This document shows, piece after piece, positions 47,618-59,859 of a stretch of 64,000 nt of DNA. Below the pieces are notes generated by a model, which made no database searches, had not been told where the DNA came from, and saw only the letters and a program-made list of their open reading frames with translations. The position numbers and the translations under genes were made by a program. This DNA comes from Scenedesmus sp. PABB004. Lineage: Eukaryota. The DNA is taken from positions 3,844,001 through 3,908,000 of the forward strand of contig CM026547.1 of assembly GCA_014905635.1 (NCBI GenBank), given 5' to 3'. Within the stretch, counting starts at the first letter, position 1. Every line of letters starts with the position of its first letter.

Positions 47618-50600
47618 ATGGCGGCGGCGCTGCAGCCGCTCGTCCACGGCCGCCTGGGCGGCCGTGCGGGCGGCGTGCTGGCGCTGCGCCCGTCCATGCC
47701 GCTCCCCCGCGCGCGCGCCGTGTCCGACGCGCCGCAGCGCGCGCTGAGGTGCGTGGCCGCGCGCATCGCGGGCCCGGAACCGGCCCGCGCGCCGGCATTG
47801 CGGGCTCAGGGCGCCGTTGTTGCTCGCCAACGCAGGCGTGGGCCAGCACGCCTTCCCGCGCTCCTGGCGCCGTGCGGAGGCTCCTGCGCGCCGCGCGCGC
47901 CGGCCGTGGCCGGCCTGGGCGCCGCTCCCGGCCTCCGGCGCCGCCCTCGGGCGCCGCGGGGCCCCGCGCCGCCGCCGGCGGCCGTGAACAGGTGCGCAGC
48001 AGCGGGGGCGCGCGCCGCGGCGCGGCGGCCGCGGCGGCCGCGCGACGGGCCCGAGCTCGCGTCTCCCGCGCCCTCACGCGCCCGTCCGCCCCGCTCGCAC
48101 ACAGCGCGGTGGAGGCGGCGGCGGCGGCCGCGCCCGCGCCCGCGCCGGCGGCGGCGGCGGCCGGCGGCGCGCCGCGCCTGCTCACGGGCGTGTCGGCGCA
48201 GCGCGTGACGCGGCTGGAGGCGCTGGTGGAGCTCAAGAAGCTCTACCGCAACTGCATCCGCGCCGAGACGCTGCTGGCGCTCGCGAGCCCGGTGTACACG
48301 CCGCCGCCCGCGGGCGCGCCGCCGCCGAGCGCGTCGGCGGACAGCAGCGACAGCTACGCCAGCGCGGAGGGCGGCGCCGGCGGCGCCGGCAGCGCGTCGG
48401 CGGACGACGAGGAGGCGGAGCGCGTGCAGCAGGCGGTGGAGCTGGTCGCTGAGATGCAGCTCACCGCGGAGCAGCTCAAGACGGGGCTGCGCACGCTGCC
48501 CGCGGGCTTTGCCGCGACGCTGTTCAGCAGCGACGCCGGCCCCGCCGAGGCGGAGGAGGCGATCCGCGAGGCGGCGCGGCGCTACAGCACGGAGCTGCGC
48601 CAGCGTGCGGCCGTGGAGCTGCCGCTGCTGCCGCTCAGCAGGTGCGGGGCGGAGGGATCGGCGCGGCACGCGGCCCGCCGCTCTGCGCCGCGCCCGCCGC
48701 TCTGCGCCGCGCCCGCCGCTCTGCGCCGCGCCCGCCGCTCAGCGCGCCGCCGCGCCCGTCGCCGCAGTGAGCAAGCGCAGGCGGCGTGCGACGTGCGCAA
48801 CAGCCGCTACAACCGGCGCCTGCAGGCCGTCGTGGACGAGCTGGGCGCCGAGGGCCCCGCCGGCGCCGGCGGCGGCAGCGGCAGCCTGCCCGACCGGCTG
48901 AACCAGGCCGAGAAGGTGGCGGGCAAGTTTGTGGCGCGGCGCATCAAGCCCGCGCTGCAGCGCGCGCGCGAGAAGCAGCTGGGCGAGGTGCTGAGCGAGA
49001 GCACGGCGTACCTCAAGGGCCTCTGGTCGCGCCTCAACGGCGGCGGCGGGCGCAGCCGGCGCGCGCTGCCCGCGGAGCTGCTGCAGCCGCCGAGCAGCAA
49101 AAAGGAGATTGAGAAGGTGTGCGGCGCGCGGCGCGCCACGCGCACGGCGGCTTCAGCGCCAGGCGCTCGCCACGCGCGGCCGGGCGCCCGCGGCTCGCCC
49201 GCTGAGCGCCGCCGCCGCTGCGCGGTCCGCAGCGCATCGGCGAGCTCGGCCTGCAGCTGGAGGCGCTGGAGAAGCGGCTTGTGGAGGCCAGCAAGGCGCG
49301 CGAGGCGCGGCTGCGCAAGGCCGGCGCCGCAGGTGCGCGGCGCGCGCGCAGACGCGGGCCTGAGCGCGCGCCGCGCGTCGCCCCGCGCCGCGCGCCCGCG
49401 GCGCGCCGCCCCATGCGCCGCGCCGCCCCACGCGCCGCCGCGCCCGGCCGCGCGCGCCAGGCCGCGTCGCGGTGGCCATCCAGCTGCGCTCGATGGACGC
49501 CGAGGTGGTGGCCATCTCGCGCGTGCTCGCGGTGCGCACGCTGCAGCTGGAAATGGAGTTCATTTACGGCTCCCTCGAGGACGAGGCGCTCGACGTCTCA
49601 GCCGACGAGCTGCGCGCCAACAGCGCCAAGAGTGAGCGCGCGGGGCGCCGCGCGCGCGGCGGCGTGGCCCGCGGCAGCGCCCCGGCCCGCGGCAGCGCCC
49701 CGCCGACGCCGCCGCCGGCGCCGCCGCCGGCGCCGCTGCGCGCAGACCCGGCGCTCGCGCGCGAGGGCAGCACCGACGAGCTCGCGCTGCTCGTGGCCGA
49801 GTACGGGCTGCTGCTGGAGCAGCTCGACGTGCTCGCCGCGTCGATCGGCACGCAGCTGCCGCCGCCCGCGGGCGCGGCGCACCACGGCGCGGCCAACGGC
49901 GCGCCGGCGGCGGCCGGCGCGGCGGCGGCGGCGGCCGCGGCGCCGCCGGGGCTGAGCCTGCTGGACGAGGACATCTTGGAGGAGCTGGCCGCGGAGATCC
50001 CAGACCTGCGCTACCGCGTGGGCGTGCCCGACGCGCTCGTCTTTGGCTCCAACCCGCTCTCGCCGACGCGGCTGAAGCTGCAGGCCGCCGAGAGCAGCCT
50101 GAAGGTGCTCGAGGGCGTCAACTTCCTCTCGCGCGGCATCCGCCTGCTGCTCAGCGACGTCGCCAACGGCGGTGCGGCGGCGCCGCCGCGCGCGCACGCG
50201 CGCGGCCGGCCGCCGGCGCCGCGCCGAGCTGCGCCGCCGCGGCCGCCGCTGACTCTCCGCCCCCCCTCCCCCCCCCCCCTCCCGGGCCGGCGGCCAGGCC
50301 GGCTCTTCGGCAAGGCCGCGCTCGGCGGCACGCTGCGCGCGCGCGAGGTCGCGGCGCTGCGGCGCACCGCGCGCGACCTGCTGACCTTCATTCCCTTTAT
50401 CATAATCCTCATCATCCCCCTCACGCCGCTGGGGCACGTGCTCGTGTTTGGCTTCATACAGCGCTACTTCCCGGGCTTCTTCCCCAGCCAGTTCACCAGC
50501 CAGCGCCAGGACCTCATGATGCGGTGCGGCGCACACGCTGCCGCAGGCGGCGCAGCCGCCGGCGCGGCCGCCGCGACCGCGGCGGGCGGCCGACCCGCAC

Positions 50601-51018
50601 GGGGCGGCCGGGCGGGCGCGAGGGGCGGCCGGGCGCTGTCGCCGCGGCTGAGCGCGTCGCTGCGCGCCGCGCGCGCAGGTACGAGGAGCTGAAGCGTCAG
50701 CTCGTGGACGCGCAGGGCGCGGCCGAGGCGGAGGAGGAGGAGGCGGAGCTCGCGCGCGCGGCGGCCGCGGTCGCGCGCCTCACCGCGCCCGACTTCGAGG
50801 GCTGCGCCGTGACGCCGCCGAGCGGCGCCGCCACGGCGGCGCTGGGCACGCCCGCCGCCGCGAGCACCGTCGCCAGCGCCGACGGCAGCGAAGCGGACGA
50901 GGCGGGCCCGGCGGCGGCGAAGCTGCGGCTGCTGGAGGAGCAGGTCGAGGAGGCGCGCGCGGAGGTGCACTCGGCGCCGGACGACGACGGCCCGCAGCCG
51001 GCCGCCGTGCGGCACTGA
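47618..51018 (+). CDS. LETM1-like domain protein, probably plastid-targeted
   Basis: GIRLLLSDV..GGTLRAREVAALRRTARDLLTFIPFIIILIIPLTPLGHVLVFGFIQRYFPGFFPSQF. Transit-like N-terminus. TGTAA at 51553. Confidence 0.8.
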
Positions 51019-51729
51019 GCGCGCGCGGCGCAGCAGGGCCGCGCCTCTGAGGGGCGGCGCCCTGCGGCGGCCACAGCGCGCGGCCGCAGCGCGCGGTCGC
51101 AGCGCGCCGCACGGGAGGGAGCACTGCCGGCGGCCGCCGCTGGCGGCGGCGAGAGCTTGCACGCAACGCGGCGCGGGCCGCGACCGCCGATGCCTGTCGG
51201 CGGCCGGGCGGGGCGGGCCGGGCGGCGCCCCTGCGCGCAGGAGGAGGAGCGCACGCACTGCAGCACTGCCGCAGACGCGGCCGGCCCCTCTGACGAGCCC
51301 CCGCGGCGGCCCGGCCGGCGGGGGCGGGCGTGGGGGCCGCGCGCGCCCGCGAGCCACAGCGCGGCCCTGGGGCGGCGCATTTTTTGGTCCAGTGTTGCAG
51401 CACGAGGTCGGTTGGCGCCGGTGGTGGCGGCTTGCAGCGGCAGCGGCGCCGCGGAGCGCGCTGCGGCCGGCATGCAAACATGCGTTTTGGGAGCGGCGGC
51501 GGTGCCATGCGCCCGCAGGCGAGCGAAGAGTTTTGAACGGTGTCGGTGTCGGTGTAACCTCAAGGCTCGCTCGCTCACGGATCGCCGCAGCTACCGGCAA
51601 AGAAGGATCACTGCCCGCCCCAGCTCCAGCCAGCCGGTCGGCCGCGGGCGGCTGACGACCACCGCCCGGCGCGCGAGCTCGCGCGGCGCGGGCTGCCGCC
51701 GCGCCCCGCGCGCCGCGCCGCCGCGGCGC

Positions 51730-52488
51730 TCACAGCGTGAGCAGCAGGCGCGCGAGTCCCGCGGCGAAGAGCGCGTACTCGCCGCGCCCGAGCTTGCTGT
51801 CGCCGTAGAGGCGGTCGACAAACACGATGGGCAGCTCGTGTATGGCCGCGCCCGCCGCCGTGGCGCGGGCGATCATCTCCATCTGGAAGGCGTAGCCCCG
51901 CGAGCCCACGCGCGGCAGCAGCGCCTCGAGCAGCCGCCGGCGATAGAGGCGGAACGCGCCGGTGAGGTCGCTGACCGACAGGCCGAGCAGGCACGACGCG
52001 AGCACGTTGGCGCCGCGGCTCGTGAGCTTGCGCCGCCAGTCCCAGCCCGACACGCCGCCGCCGGGCGCGTAGCGCGTGCCGGTCACGATGTCGGCGCCGC
52101 TCGCGGCCTGGGCCGCCAGGAGCTCTGGGATGTACTTTGGATGGTGCGACAGGTCGGCGTCCATCAGCACCACCCAGTCGCCGCTCGCGGCGCACAGGCC
52201 GTGCCCGTACGCGCTGCCGAGGCCCAGCTTGCCCGGCCGGCTGCGCAGGCGCACACGCCCCGGCGGCAGCAGCGCGGCCGTGGCGGCCACCGCGTCGGCG
52301 GTGCCGTCGGGGCTCGCGTCGTCGACGACGACCACCTCCCAGTCGACGCCCGCGCCGCCGCAGGCCTCGGCGATGAGCCAGAGCAGGATGGGCACGTTGG
52401 CGGCCTCGTTGTAGGTGGGCACGATGATGCTCACGCGCCCGTGCGGCGGCGCCCGCCCCGGCCGCGCCGGCGTCGGCGCAGCCGCCAT
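51730..52488 (-). CDS. DPM1: Dolichol-phosphate mannosyltransferase subunit 1 (GT2), intronless
   Basis: SIIVPTYNE, VVDDASPDGT, KLGLGSAY, MDADLSHHP, SDLTGAFRLY, GYAFQMEM and PIVFVDRLYGDSKLG. Confidence 0.95.
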   Translation of the reverse strand: MAAAPTPARPGRAPPHGRVSIIVPTYNEAANVPILLWLIAEACGGAGVDWEVVVVDDASPDGTADAVAATAALLPPGRVRLRSRPGKLGLGSAYGHGLCAASGDWVVLMDADLSHHPKYIPELLAAQAASGADIVTGTRYAPGGGVSGWDWRRKLTSRGANVLASCLLGLSVSDLTGAFRLYRRRLLEALLPRVGSRGYAFQMEMIARATAAGAAIHELPIVFVDRLYGDSKLGRGEYALFAAGLARLLLTL

Positions 52489-53099
52489 GCCGCCGCGCGG
52501 CGCTGCTGCGCCCGCGGCGCCGGCGGCGGCGGCACGTCGGCGCGCTAGCTCGCTCGCCGCCGCCGGCCCGTCGGCGGCGCTCTCATGCTGCCGGCCGTCC
52601 GTCACGCGCGCGGGCCGGCAGGCAGGCAGGCGGTCCGCGGGCGGCAGGGCAGCGGCGGCAGCGGCGGCGCCGGCGCGACGTGCGGCGGCGGTGTGGCTTC
52701 TAGTGAGCTGCTGAGCAGGTCGGGGTGCAGCGCGGGAGGTGTTGTGCTGTGCACGGCGCTGCAGATTGAACGCTGCGGCGGCGGCGTGCCAAAAACACAC
52801 GCGCTCGAAACGCCGCCCATCACTTGCGCGCTGCCGATCGCGCAGCGCCCCCCACACCTGCCACGCGCCACCGTTGCATTCAGTGTTTCGGTTAGTGCCG
52901 ATCGCCCGCGCCTGAGGCGCCCCACGCCCCCGGCGGCGCTCGACCCGCGGCGGCAGCAGCGCCGGGCGCAACCGCTCCCGCTGCCGCGCACCGGCGACCC
53001 CGGCGCCCCCGGCGCCCCGCCTCGGCACCCGTACCCCCTGCAGCACTCCCTGCTCCCGCCAGCGCCCCGGCTCTGGCGGCGCGCGCCGCGTCGGGCGGC

Positions 53100-54418
53100 A
53101 TGGCGCGGGGCCCGGAGCCGGCGGCGCCGGCGCCGCTGCGCCTCGCGGCGACGGTGACGGGCCACGCCAAGGCGGCGTCGGGCGTGCGCTTCTCGCCGAG
53201 CGGCGAGCTCCTGGCGTCCTGCTCGGCCGACACGACGCTGCGGCTGTGGCGCGCGGCGGACGGCGGCGCGGCGGGGCCGGGCGACGCGGGACGCATGGCG
53301 CACGACGCGGGCGTGAACGACGTGTGCTGGAACCCCGCGGGCACCTACCTCGCGTCCGCCTCGGACGACCTCACCGCGCGCATCTGGGACGCCGAGACGG
53401 GCGGCTGCCTCGTCACGCTGCGCGACCACACGCACTACGTCTTCTGCTGCCAGTTTGACCCGGTGGGCCACATCCTGGTGCGCGGCCGCGGCGAGCGGCG
53501 AGCGGCCCGCCGGCGCGGCGGCGGCAGCGGCGCGGCGGCAGGCTGGCCCGGGGCTGCGGCCAGCTGCTGCAGCGATGCGCCCGCCCGGCCGCTGCCGCCC
53601 GCGCCGCAGGCGACGGGCAGCTTTGACGAGACCGTTCGCTTCTGGGACGTCCGCAGCGGGCGCTGCCTGCGCGTGCTGCCGGCCCACTCGGGTGCGCGAC
53701 CGGCGGCGCCAAAGCCGACAGTCGCAGCGGCGCCCTGCCCGCTCGCGCGCCGTGACCCTTGCCCCCGCCGCCGCGCTCGCTCGCCGGCGGCAGACCCCAT
53801 CACCGGCATGGACTTCAGCTACGACGGCACCGTGCTGGCGAGCTGCAGCTTCGACGGCCTGCTGCGCCTGTGGGATACGGCCAACGGGCGCTGCCTCAAG
53901 ACGCTCGCCATCGACGGCGGCAGCAGCCCGCTCAGCTTCGTCGCGTTCAGCCCAAACGGCCAGTACCTGCTGCAGGCGTCGATGGACAGCAAGGCGCGGC
54001 TGGTCAACTTTGAGACGGGGCGCGTCGCGCGGACCTACACGGGCCACACCAACACGCGCTTCTGCAGCACCATGGCCTTTGCCACCGCGCTGGGGCCGCG
54101 CCCGCTCGTCGCGGCGGGCTCGGAGGACGGCGGGCTGCTGCTGTGGGACGTCGACAGCAAGCAGGCGCGCTGCGCGCGCTGCGCGCTGCGCGCGCGCCGC
54201 CCACGGCGCCGCGGGCGGCCGCCGACGCGCGCCGCGCCGGTGCGCCGCAGGTGGTGCACCGCGTGCCGGGGCGCGCCCGCGCCGAGGACCCGGGCGACGG
54301 CCACTGCGCGCCCGTGTCGCGCGTCGCGGCGCACGCGAGCGTGCCGCTGCTGGCGACCGCGGCGCTGGACCCGGACTGCAGCATCAAGATCTGGGCCGCC
54401 GCCGATGCCGACAGCTGA
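53100..54418 (+). CDS. WDR5: WD40 repeat protein, WDR5/COMPASS-like, 4 exons
   Basis: GHAKAASGVRFSPSG, LASASDDLTARIWD, HTHYVFCCQF, TGSFDETVRFWD, LPAHS|DPIT, CLKTL, FVAFSPNG, YTGHTNTRFC and GSEDG. Confidence 0.88.
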
Positions 54419-54990
54419 CGGCGGGGTGCGTGTTAACACGGCAGGCGCGCGGCAACACCCCCCGGATCGCCCAGACCAGTTCCGTCGTCGCAGCCGTGGT
54501 TGGACCGCGAGCCATCAAACAGTCGCGCGCGCACTGTGCGCAAGAGATCAGCACAAACCCGCAGTTTCACAGACGCCGTCGACCACACGCCTGTCGCGCC
54601 GGCTCCCGCACGCTGCGTCGCAGCTCGCGTGCGTTCAGCGCTCAGCAACTCAACGCTGCTGCAGGCGCGGCGGCCCTGATACAGACACACACAGGCGGGC
54701 GCAGGCAGGCCATCGCAGTCAACAGCTGTCAACAGCTCAGCACCAGGGCAGCGGCACCCAGAAACCCCGACGTTTTCAAACAACCCCCCAGCAGCGGACG
54801 TGCACCGCCGCACGTGGCCCCAGCCCCGCACAGGCCCCACGCAACGCGGGGGCCGCGGGCCGCGGCACGCCCACCCAGCCCCGGCGGCGCCGGGGCCACG
54901 CAGGGCGCCGGCGCCGCCCCACAGCGTGTGCCCCGCCGAGCATGACCGCCCCGCACGGGGCCTGCCGCGCTGCGCTGCGCTGTGGGCCTC

Positions 54991-57900
54991 TCACGCGTCG
55001 AGCTCCTTGACAGCGTGCAGGTCCTTGCGCGCGGCCGCGTCGGCGGGCGCGAGCCCGCTGCCCGCGCTCGTCATGCTCGCGCGGCTGCGCATGCGCAGCT
55101 CGCTCATGCGGCTCGACTTGCGCACGCTCGGCCAGGCCTTGGACACGTTGCCCAGCTCGCTGTGCAGCCGGCTCTCCGTGTTGAATGGGTCCTGCAGGAC
55201 GGCCCCCCCCCCGCATGCGTGCGCGCGCGCGCGTCGGCCGCCGGCGCGGGCGCACCGCGCAGCGCGCGCGGCCGCGCACCGCCCGCCCCCCCCCCCCCCC
55301 CCCGTGCCATGCCCCGCGCGCCTTGTCCGACTCCAGCACCGGCTTCTCCACGTAGCGCCGCGCGACGAGGGTGTAGAGGACGAGGCCGACGGCGATGATG
55401 CCGGCGTTGAGCCAAAAGTACCTGCAGCGCAGGCGAATCGCGAATCGCGTGCGGGCCGCGCGTGAGTGAGTCAGTGCGCAACGCGTGTGTGAGCCGTGCG
55501 CCGTGCGATCGGGCGGGCGCGCGGGCACGCGTGCGGGCGTCGGTGTCGTGCGAGAGGGCGCGCGCGCGTCGCGCGGCCATCTTTGGTCGCCGCGCGAGTG
55601 CGGCGGCGGCCCCGGGCAGCGCCCCAGCTCGCGGAGCAGCGGGCGCACCAGTCGTAGTGACCGAAGAGCGACTTCGATGTCACACAACAACGCCAGCAGC
55701 GAGGAGGAGGACGACCCGGCGCGGCGCGGCGCGGGCGGGCGGCGCGGCGCGGGGCGGGGGCGGCGCTCGGCGGGCGCAGCGTGTGCCAGCGCAATCGGGC
55801 GGCGGCGCGGCGGCGCGGCCACGCACGTTATCGCTAACCCAGAGGTCCACCGGCGACGCCGCGGCGACGATGATGTTGAGCGCGCTCGCGAGGTACGTCC
55901 CCACCGCCACCTGGGCGCCGCGGCGGGCCGCGCGTGGGGGGAAGAGCGTGGGGCGGGGAGCGTGGGCGGGGAGCGTGGGGCGCGCGGCGCGCCGCGGCGG
56001 GTGGGCGGAGGGCAGCGTGTGCCAGCGGGCGGCCGCGGCCGCGCACCGTGAGCAGGTAGACGCTCGTGCCGAGGGAGCGCATGCCCTCCGAGACCTGGGT
56101 GTAGAAGAGCTCCATGGTGCCGATGCTGCGCGCGCGCGTGCGGGCAGAGCGCGCGCGGGCGGAGCGCGCGTGGGCGGGGGCGCGGCGGCGGCGGCGCGGC
56201 GGGCGGCGCGCGCGGCGGGTGTGGCGGTCGCGCGCGCGGGTTGGGGGTGCTCACTTGGTGAACACCTCGCTCGCGCCGAGGAGGAAGTAGGGGATGAACT
56301 GCCACCAGATGCTGGGGGGACGTGGGGCGGGGCGGCGCGGGGCGGCGCGGGGCGCAGCCAGTGGGGCGGGGCGCAGTCGGCGGGCGGGCGGCGCGCCGGC
56401 CGCGCGGCGCACGCGCGCGCGGCCGGCGCCAGCCGGCGCGCGCACCTCATCGGCTGCACAAACTCGGGCGCGAGCGGGTCGGCGTCGGGGCCCGCGGCCT
56501 CGAAGCGCGCGATGAGGCCGACGCGCTTGACCAGGCGGTAGCGCGCCATCTCGATCAGCGCCGCGCTCACGAGCGCGAGGATCTGGACGAAGAAGCCGAT
56601 GCCGATGCGCATCGTCATGCTGATCGGCCGCCCGATCCTGCGCCGCGCCGCGGCGGCGGCGGCGGCGGTCGGCGGCGCGCGGACCGGGCAGCGCGGGCGC
56701 GGGCGCCGGCGCCTACCGCGCCGCGTGCGCTGCGTGCCCGCGCGCGCGCAAGCCGTGAGCCCTCGCAGCCGCGGCGGCGGCGGCGGCGCTCGCGCGGTGC
56801 GCACTTGTTGGTGAGCGGGACGACGACGACGTCGTAGAAGACGACGGTGAAGAGCACGCCGAAGGTGTTTGCAAAGGAGATGGTCGACGCGGGGATCGTC
56901 GCGCCGCCCATGCGGCGGTCCATCGCGTCGCCCGGGTAGGGCAGCAGCGTGAAGATGGGGTCGTACGTCATCTGGTGGGCGTGGCGGCGGCGGGTGGTAT
57001 GGTGCGGCGGGTGGTGCGGTTGTGTGAGCGAGTGTTTGACTGAGAGTGTTGTTGTTGTTGTTAGTGTTGTTGATGGTGTCGAGTGTGAGACGGACTAGAT
57101 AAAGCAGCGACGCACCTGATAAATGCAGATGCAGAGAAAGAGCGGCATGATGCCCAGGAAGGCCTTGGTCTCCTCCACCTCGGTGCGGCTCGCGGCCGCG
57201 GGGGCGCCCTCGCGCACGAGCGCGGCCTTGTCGAGGCAGCTGCGCGGCGCAAGCGCGGCGGCGCAGCGGGGGAGGGCCTCAGCGCGCGCGCCGGCGCAGC
57301 GCCGGAAGCGCGGCGCCAGCGCAGCACGCGCGGCGCGCTCACAGCATGCGCGGCGTGTGGGCCATCTGGAACTGCAGCGCGCCGGGCGTGCCGGGCAGGG
57401 GCTCGTAGAGGTCGGCCGGCTCGGGGCGGGGCGCGGCGCGGTGGGCCAGGGCGCCCTTGAGCACTCTGAAGATGCGCGTGAAGGGGCTGCCCTCGGCGGG
57501 GATGCAGACGTAGAGCTTGAACAGCGCGCCAATGATGAACGCGACGATCGCGACCGCAAACGCGAGCGTCGGGATGCTGGCGCGGCGGGCCACCGGCGGC
57601 GGCGCGGGCGGCGGCGGCGGCGGCGGGACAGGCGGCGGCGGCGGCGCGGGGCCACAAGCGTCAGGGGCGGCAGGCGGCGGCGGCGGCGGCGGCGCGGGGC
57701 CAGGCGACAGGGCCGCGGGCCACTGGCGGCCGCGGCGCCCCGCGCGCGGCGGCGGCGGCGCACCCGAAGCCGATGCCGTAGCCCTTGGACTCCTGCACGC
57801 CCACCACCACCGTGGCCGCGACCAGGCTGCGCAGGCGCGGCGGGACGGGCGGGCGCGGGCGGGCGCGGGCGGGTGCTCGTCGGCGAGGGCGCGGCGCGGG

Positions 57901-59705
57901 CGCGGGCTCCAGGGCAGCGCAGTTCACAACGAGGCCGGGTCGGCTGGCTGGGCGGTGCGTGCCGCGGCGCGGGCCGTGCCTGCCGATGTTGATGACAAAG
58001 TAAAAGGCGTTGAAGAAGCGCGACCGCCAGCCCTGCGCGCGGCGCACGGCGTGCGGCGGGGCGGTGCGCGGCGGGTCGGCGGCGCGGCCAGCCGCCCGCC
58101 CCTCCCCGCGCGGCCGGGCTGGACTGGCCCGGGCGCGCGCAGCGGCGCGCCGCGCGCACCCGCTCGCGCGCCGAGTTTTCGTTGAACTGGTCGCCCCCGA
58201 AGCTGCTGACGCAGGGCTTGATGCCGCCGCTGCCCACGGCTGTGAGGTACATGAACGCCCAGAAGGCGCCCTGTGGTGGCGCCAGGGGGGGGGGGGGGAG
58301 CGGGGGGGGGGGGGGGGGGGGAGGGGGGAGGCGCGCGAGCAGGGGGCGGGAGCAGGAGGGGCGCGGGCGCGGCGGTCGAGTGGCCCGGGGCGACGCGGGC
58401 ACGGCGACGCGGGCGGGGCGGGGCGCGGGCGCTGTGCGCTGTGCGCTGTGCGCGCTGTGCTGCGCGCCGCCGCACCCGTGTCGCGTTCATGCCGGCGGGC
58501 GGGTCGGGGCCGCCCTTGACGGGCTTGAGCGCGGGGATGATGTTGACCAGCGTGATGCCGCCCATACCCTGCGCACACGCACACGCGCGCGGGCGCGGCG
58601 GGCGGGCGTGGGGCGGGGCAGGGCAGGGCGGGGCAGGGCAGGGCAGGGCGCCCGCGTGCCCGCTGCCGCTGCTGCCGTGCGCGCGAGGCGCGCCGCGCGT
58701 GCTATGTGCTGTGCGGTCGAGGGCCGCCGCCAAGAGCACATGTCGGCATGTATGACCGCGACGACCCGGGTTGGTGGATCATTGCCATAATACGCGCCGA
58801 CATTCGCTCTTGGCGGCGGCCCCACACCCCAGTCCCACGGCACGGCCCGCGCCGTGTTTTGGGGCGAGATCTGCGCCGCCGCCGCCGCTGCGGCCGCGGC
58901 GCCGCGGCGCAGCTCACGATGAAGTAGACGATTGAGAAGACGAGGATGACCCAGAAGCGCCCCATGACCGCGTCGGCGAGGTACGCGCCGAGCAGGGGCG
59001 TGAGGTACACGGTCGCCTTCCACACCTGCAGCAGCTGGCTCGCCTGGTCGGCCTGGTAGCCGAGGACCTTCTTGAGGTACAGGCCCATGTTGGTCTGCAG
59101 CCCATAGTAGGCGAGCCTGGGGCGGCGCGCGCGCGACCGCGGCGTGAGCGGCGGCAGCGCCGCCACGGCGTGAGCGTGCCGGCCCCCGCCCGCCGCAGCC
59201 CGCCCGCAGCCGCGCTCCCGGCGCGCTCACCGCTCGCAGAGCTCATTGCCTGCGACGGCGGGCGCGGACGGCGCGGCGGGTCAGGCCGTGGGCGGCAGCA
59301 GCGGCGGCCAGCGCAGCAGCGGAAGCCCTCAATAAGGGTGACACGGCGCGGCGGCTCGCGCGCGTGCTTTCGATCGCCCCAGCGCCTTGCGCTGGGGCCA
59401 CCCAGAGCGCCGAGAGCCGTGATTGCGCGGCGAGGCGGCAGGCCGCCAGGCCTCGCGGCACACCGCGGCCCCCCCGCGCGCCCGGGCAAGCGAGTACCGC
59501 CCGCGCTGGCGCAGCGTGTGACTCGCATCCTGCTGCGTCGAACACGCCGCTCACCAAGGATGCAGGCGCAGGCTGCAGCGAGCCTGCTCTTCCGGCCCTT
59601 GGGGATCTCCGCGTAGTCGAGGCCCGCCTTCTCCTGGATGCCAAACTCCTTCTCCAGCTCCGCCCGCGTCTCCCGCTCCTCGATGGCGTCGCCGCTGTGC
59701 TCCAT
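54991..59705 (-). CDS. POT/PTR (NPF/NRT1) proton-coupled oligopeptide or nitrate transporter
   Basis: ExxER motif NELCER|LAYYG, TPLLGAYLADAVMGRF, GSGGIKPCVSSFGGDQF, FFNAFYFVINIGS, SIWWQFIPYFLLGASEVF and ELFYTQVSEGMRS. Confidence 0.93.
58721..58822 (-). ncRNA. Intronic long hairpin, pre-miRNA-like
   Basis: 17-bp perfect stem (58721-37/58806-22), 8-bp stem (58740-47/58796-803) and a further G-U-containing inner stem, inside an NPF intron. Confidence 0.45.
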
Positions 59706-59859
59706 CGCGCGAGCTGGCCTCCCGCTGTCGGTGGCCGCGCCCTGCCTGCCGCGGCGTGGTCGGGAATGTGAGGACGAGCGGCAGCCGCAGCGCACGGGTG
59801 GGCGGTCGCGATCGGCGGCGGCGGCGGCAGGGCTCGGCGGCAGGGCTCGGCGCGCGTCG

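Noticed and set aside
59376..59398. 10-bp hairpin GCCCCAGCGC/GCGCTGGGGC in NPF intron 1
   Set aside because: Short GC-rich stems are expected by chance at this base composition, and there are no supporting motifs.
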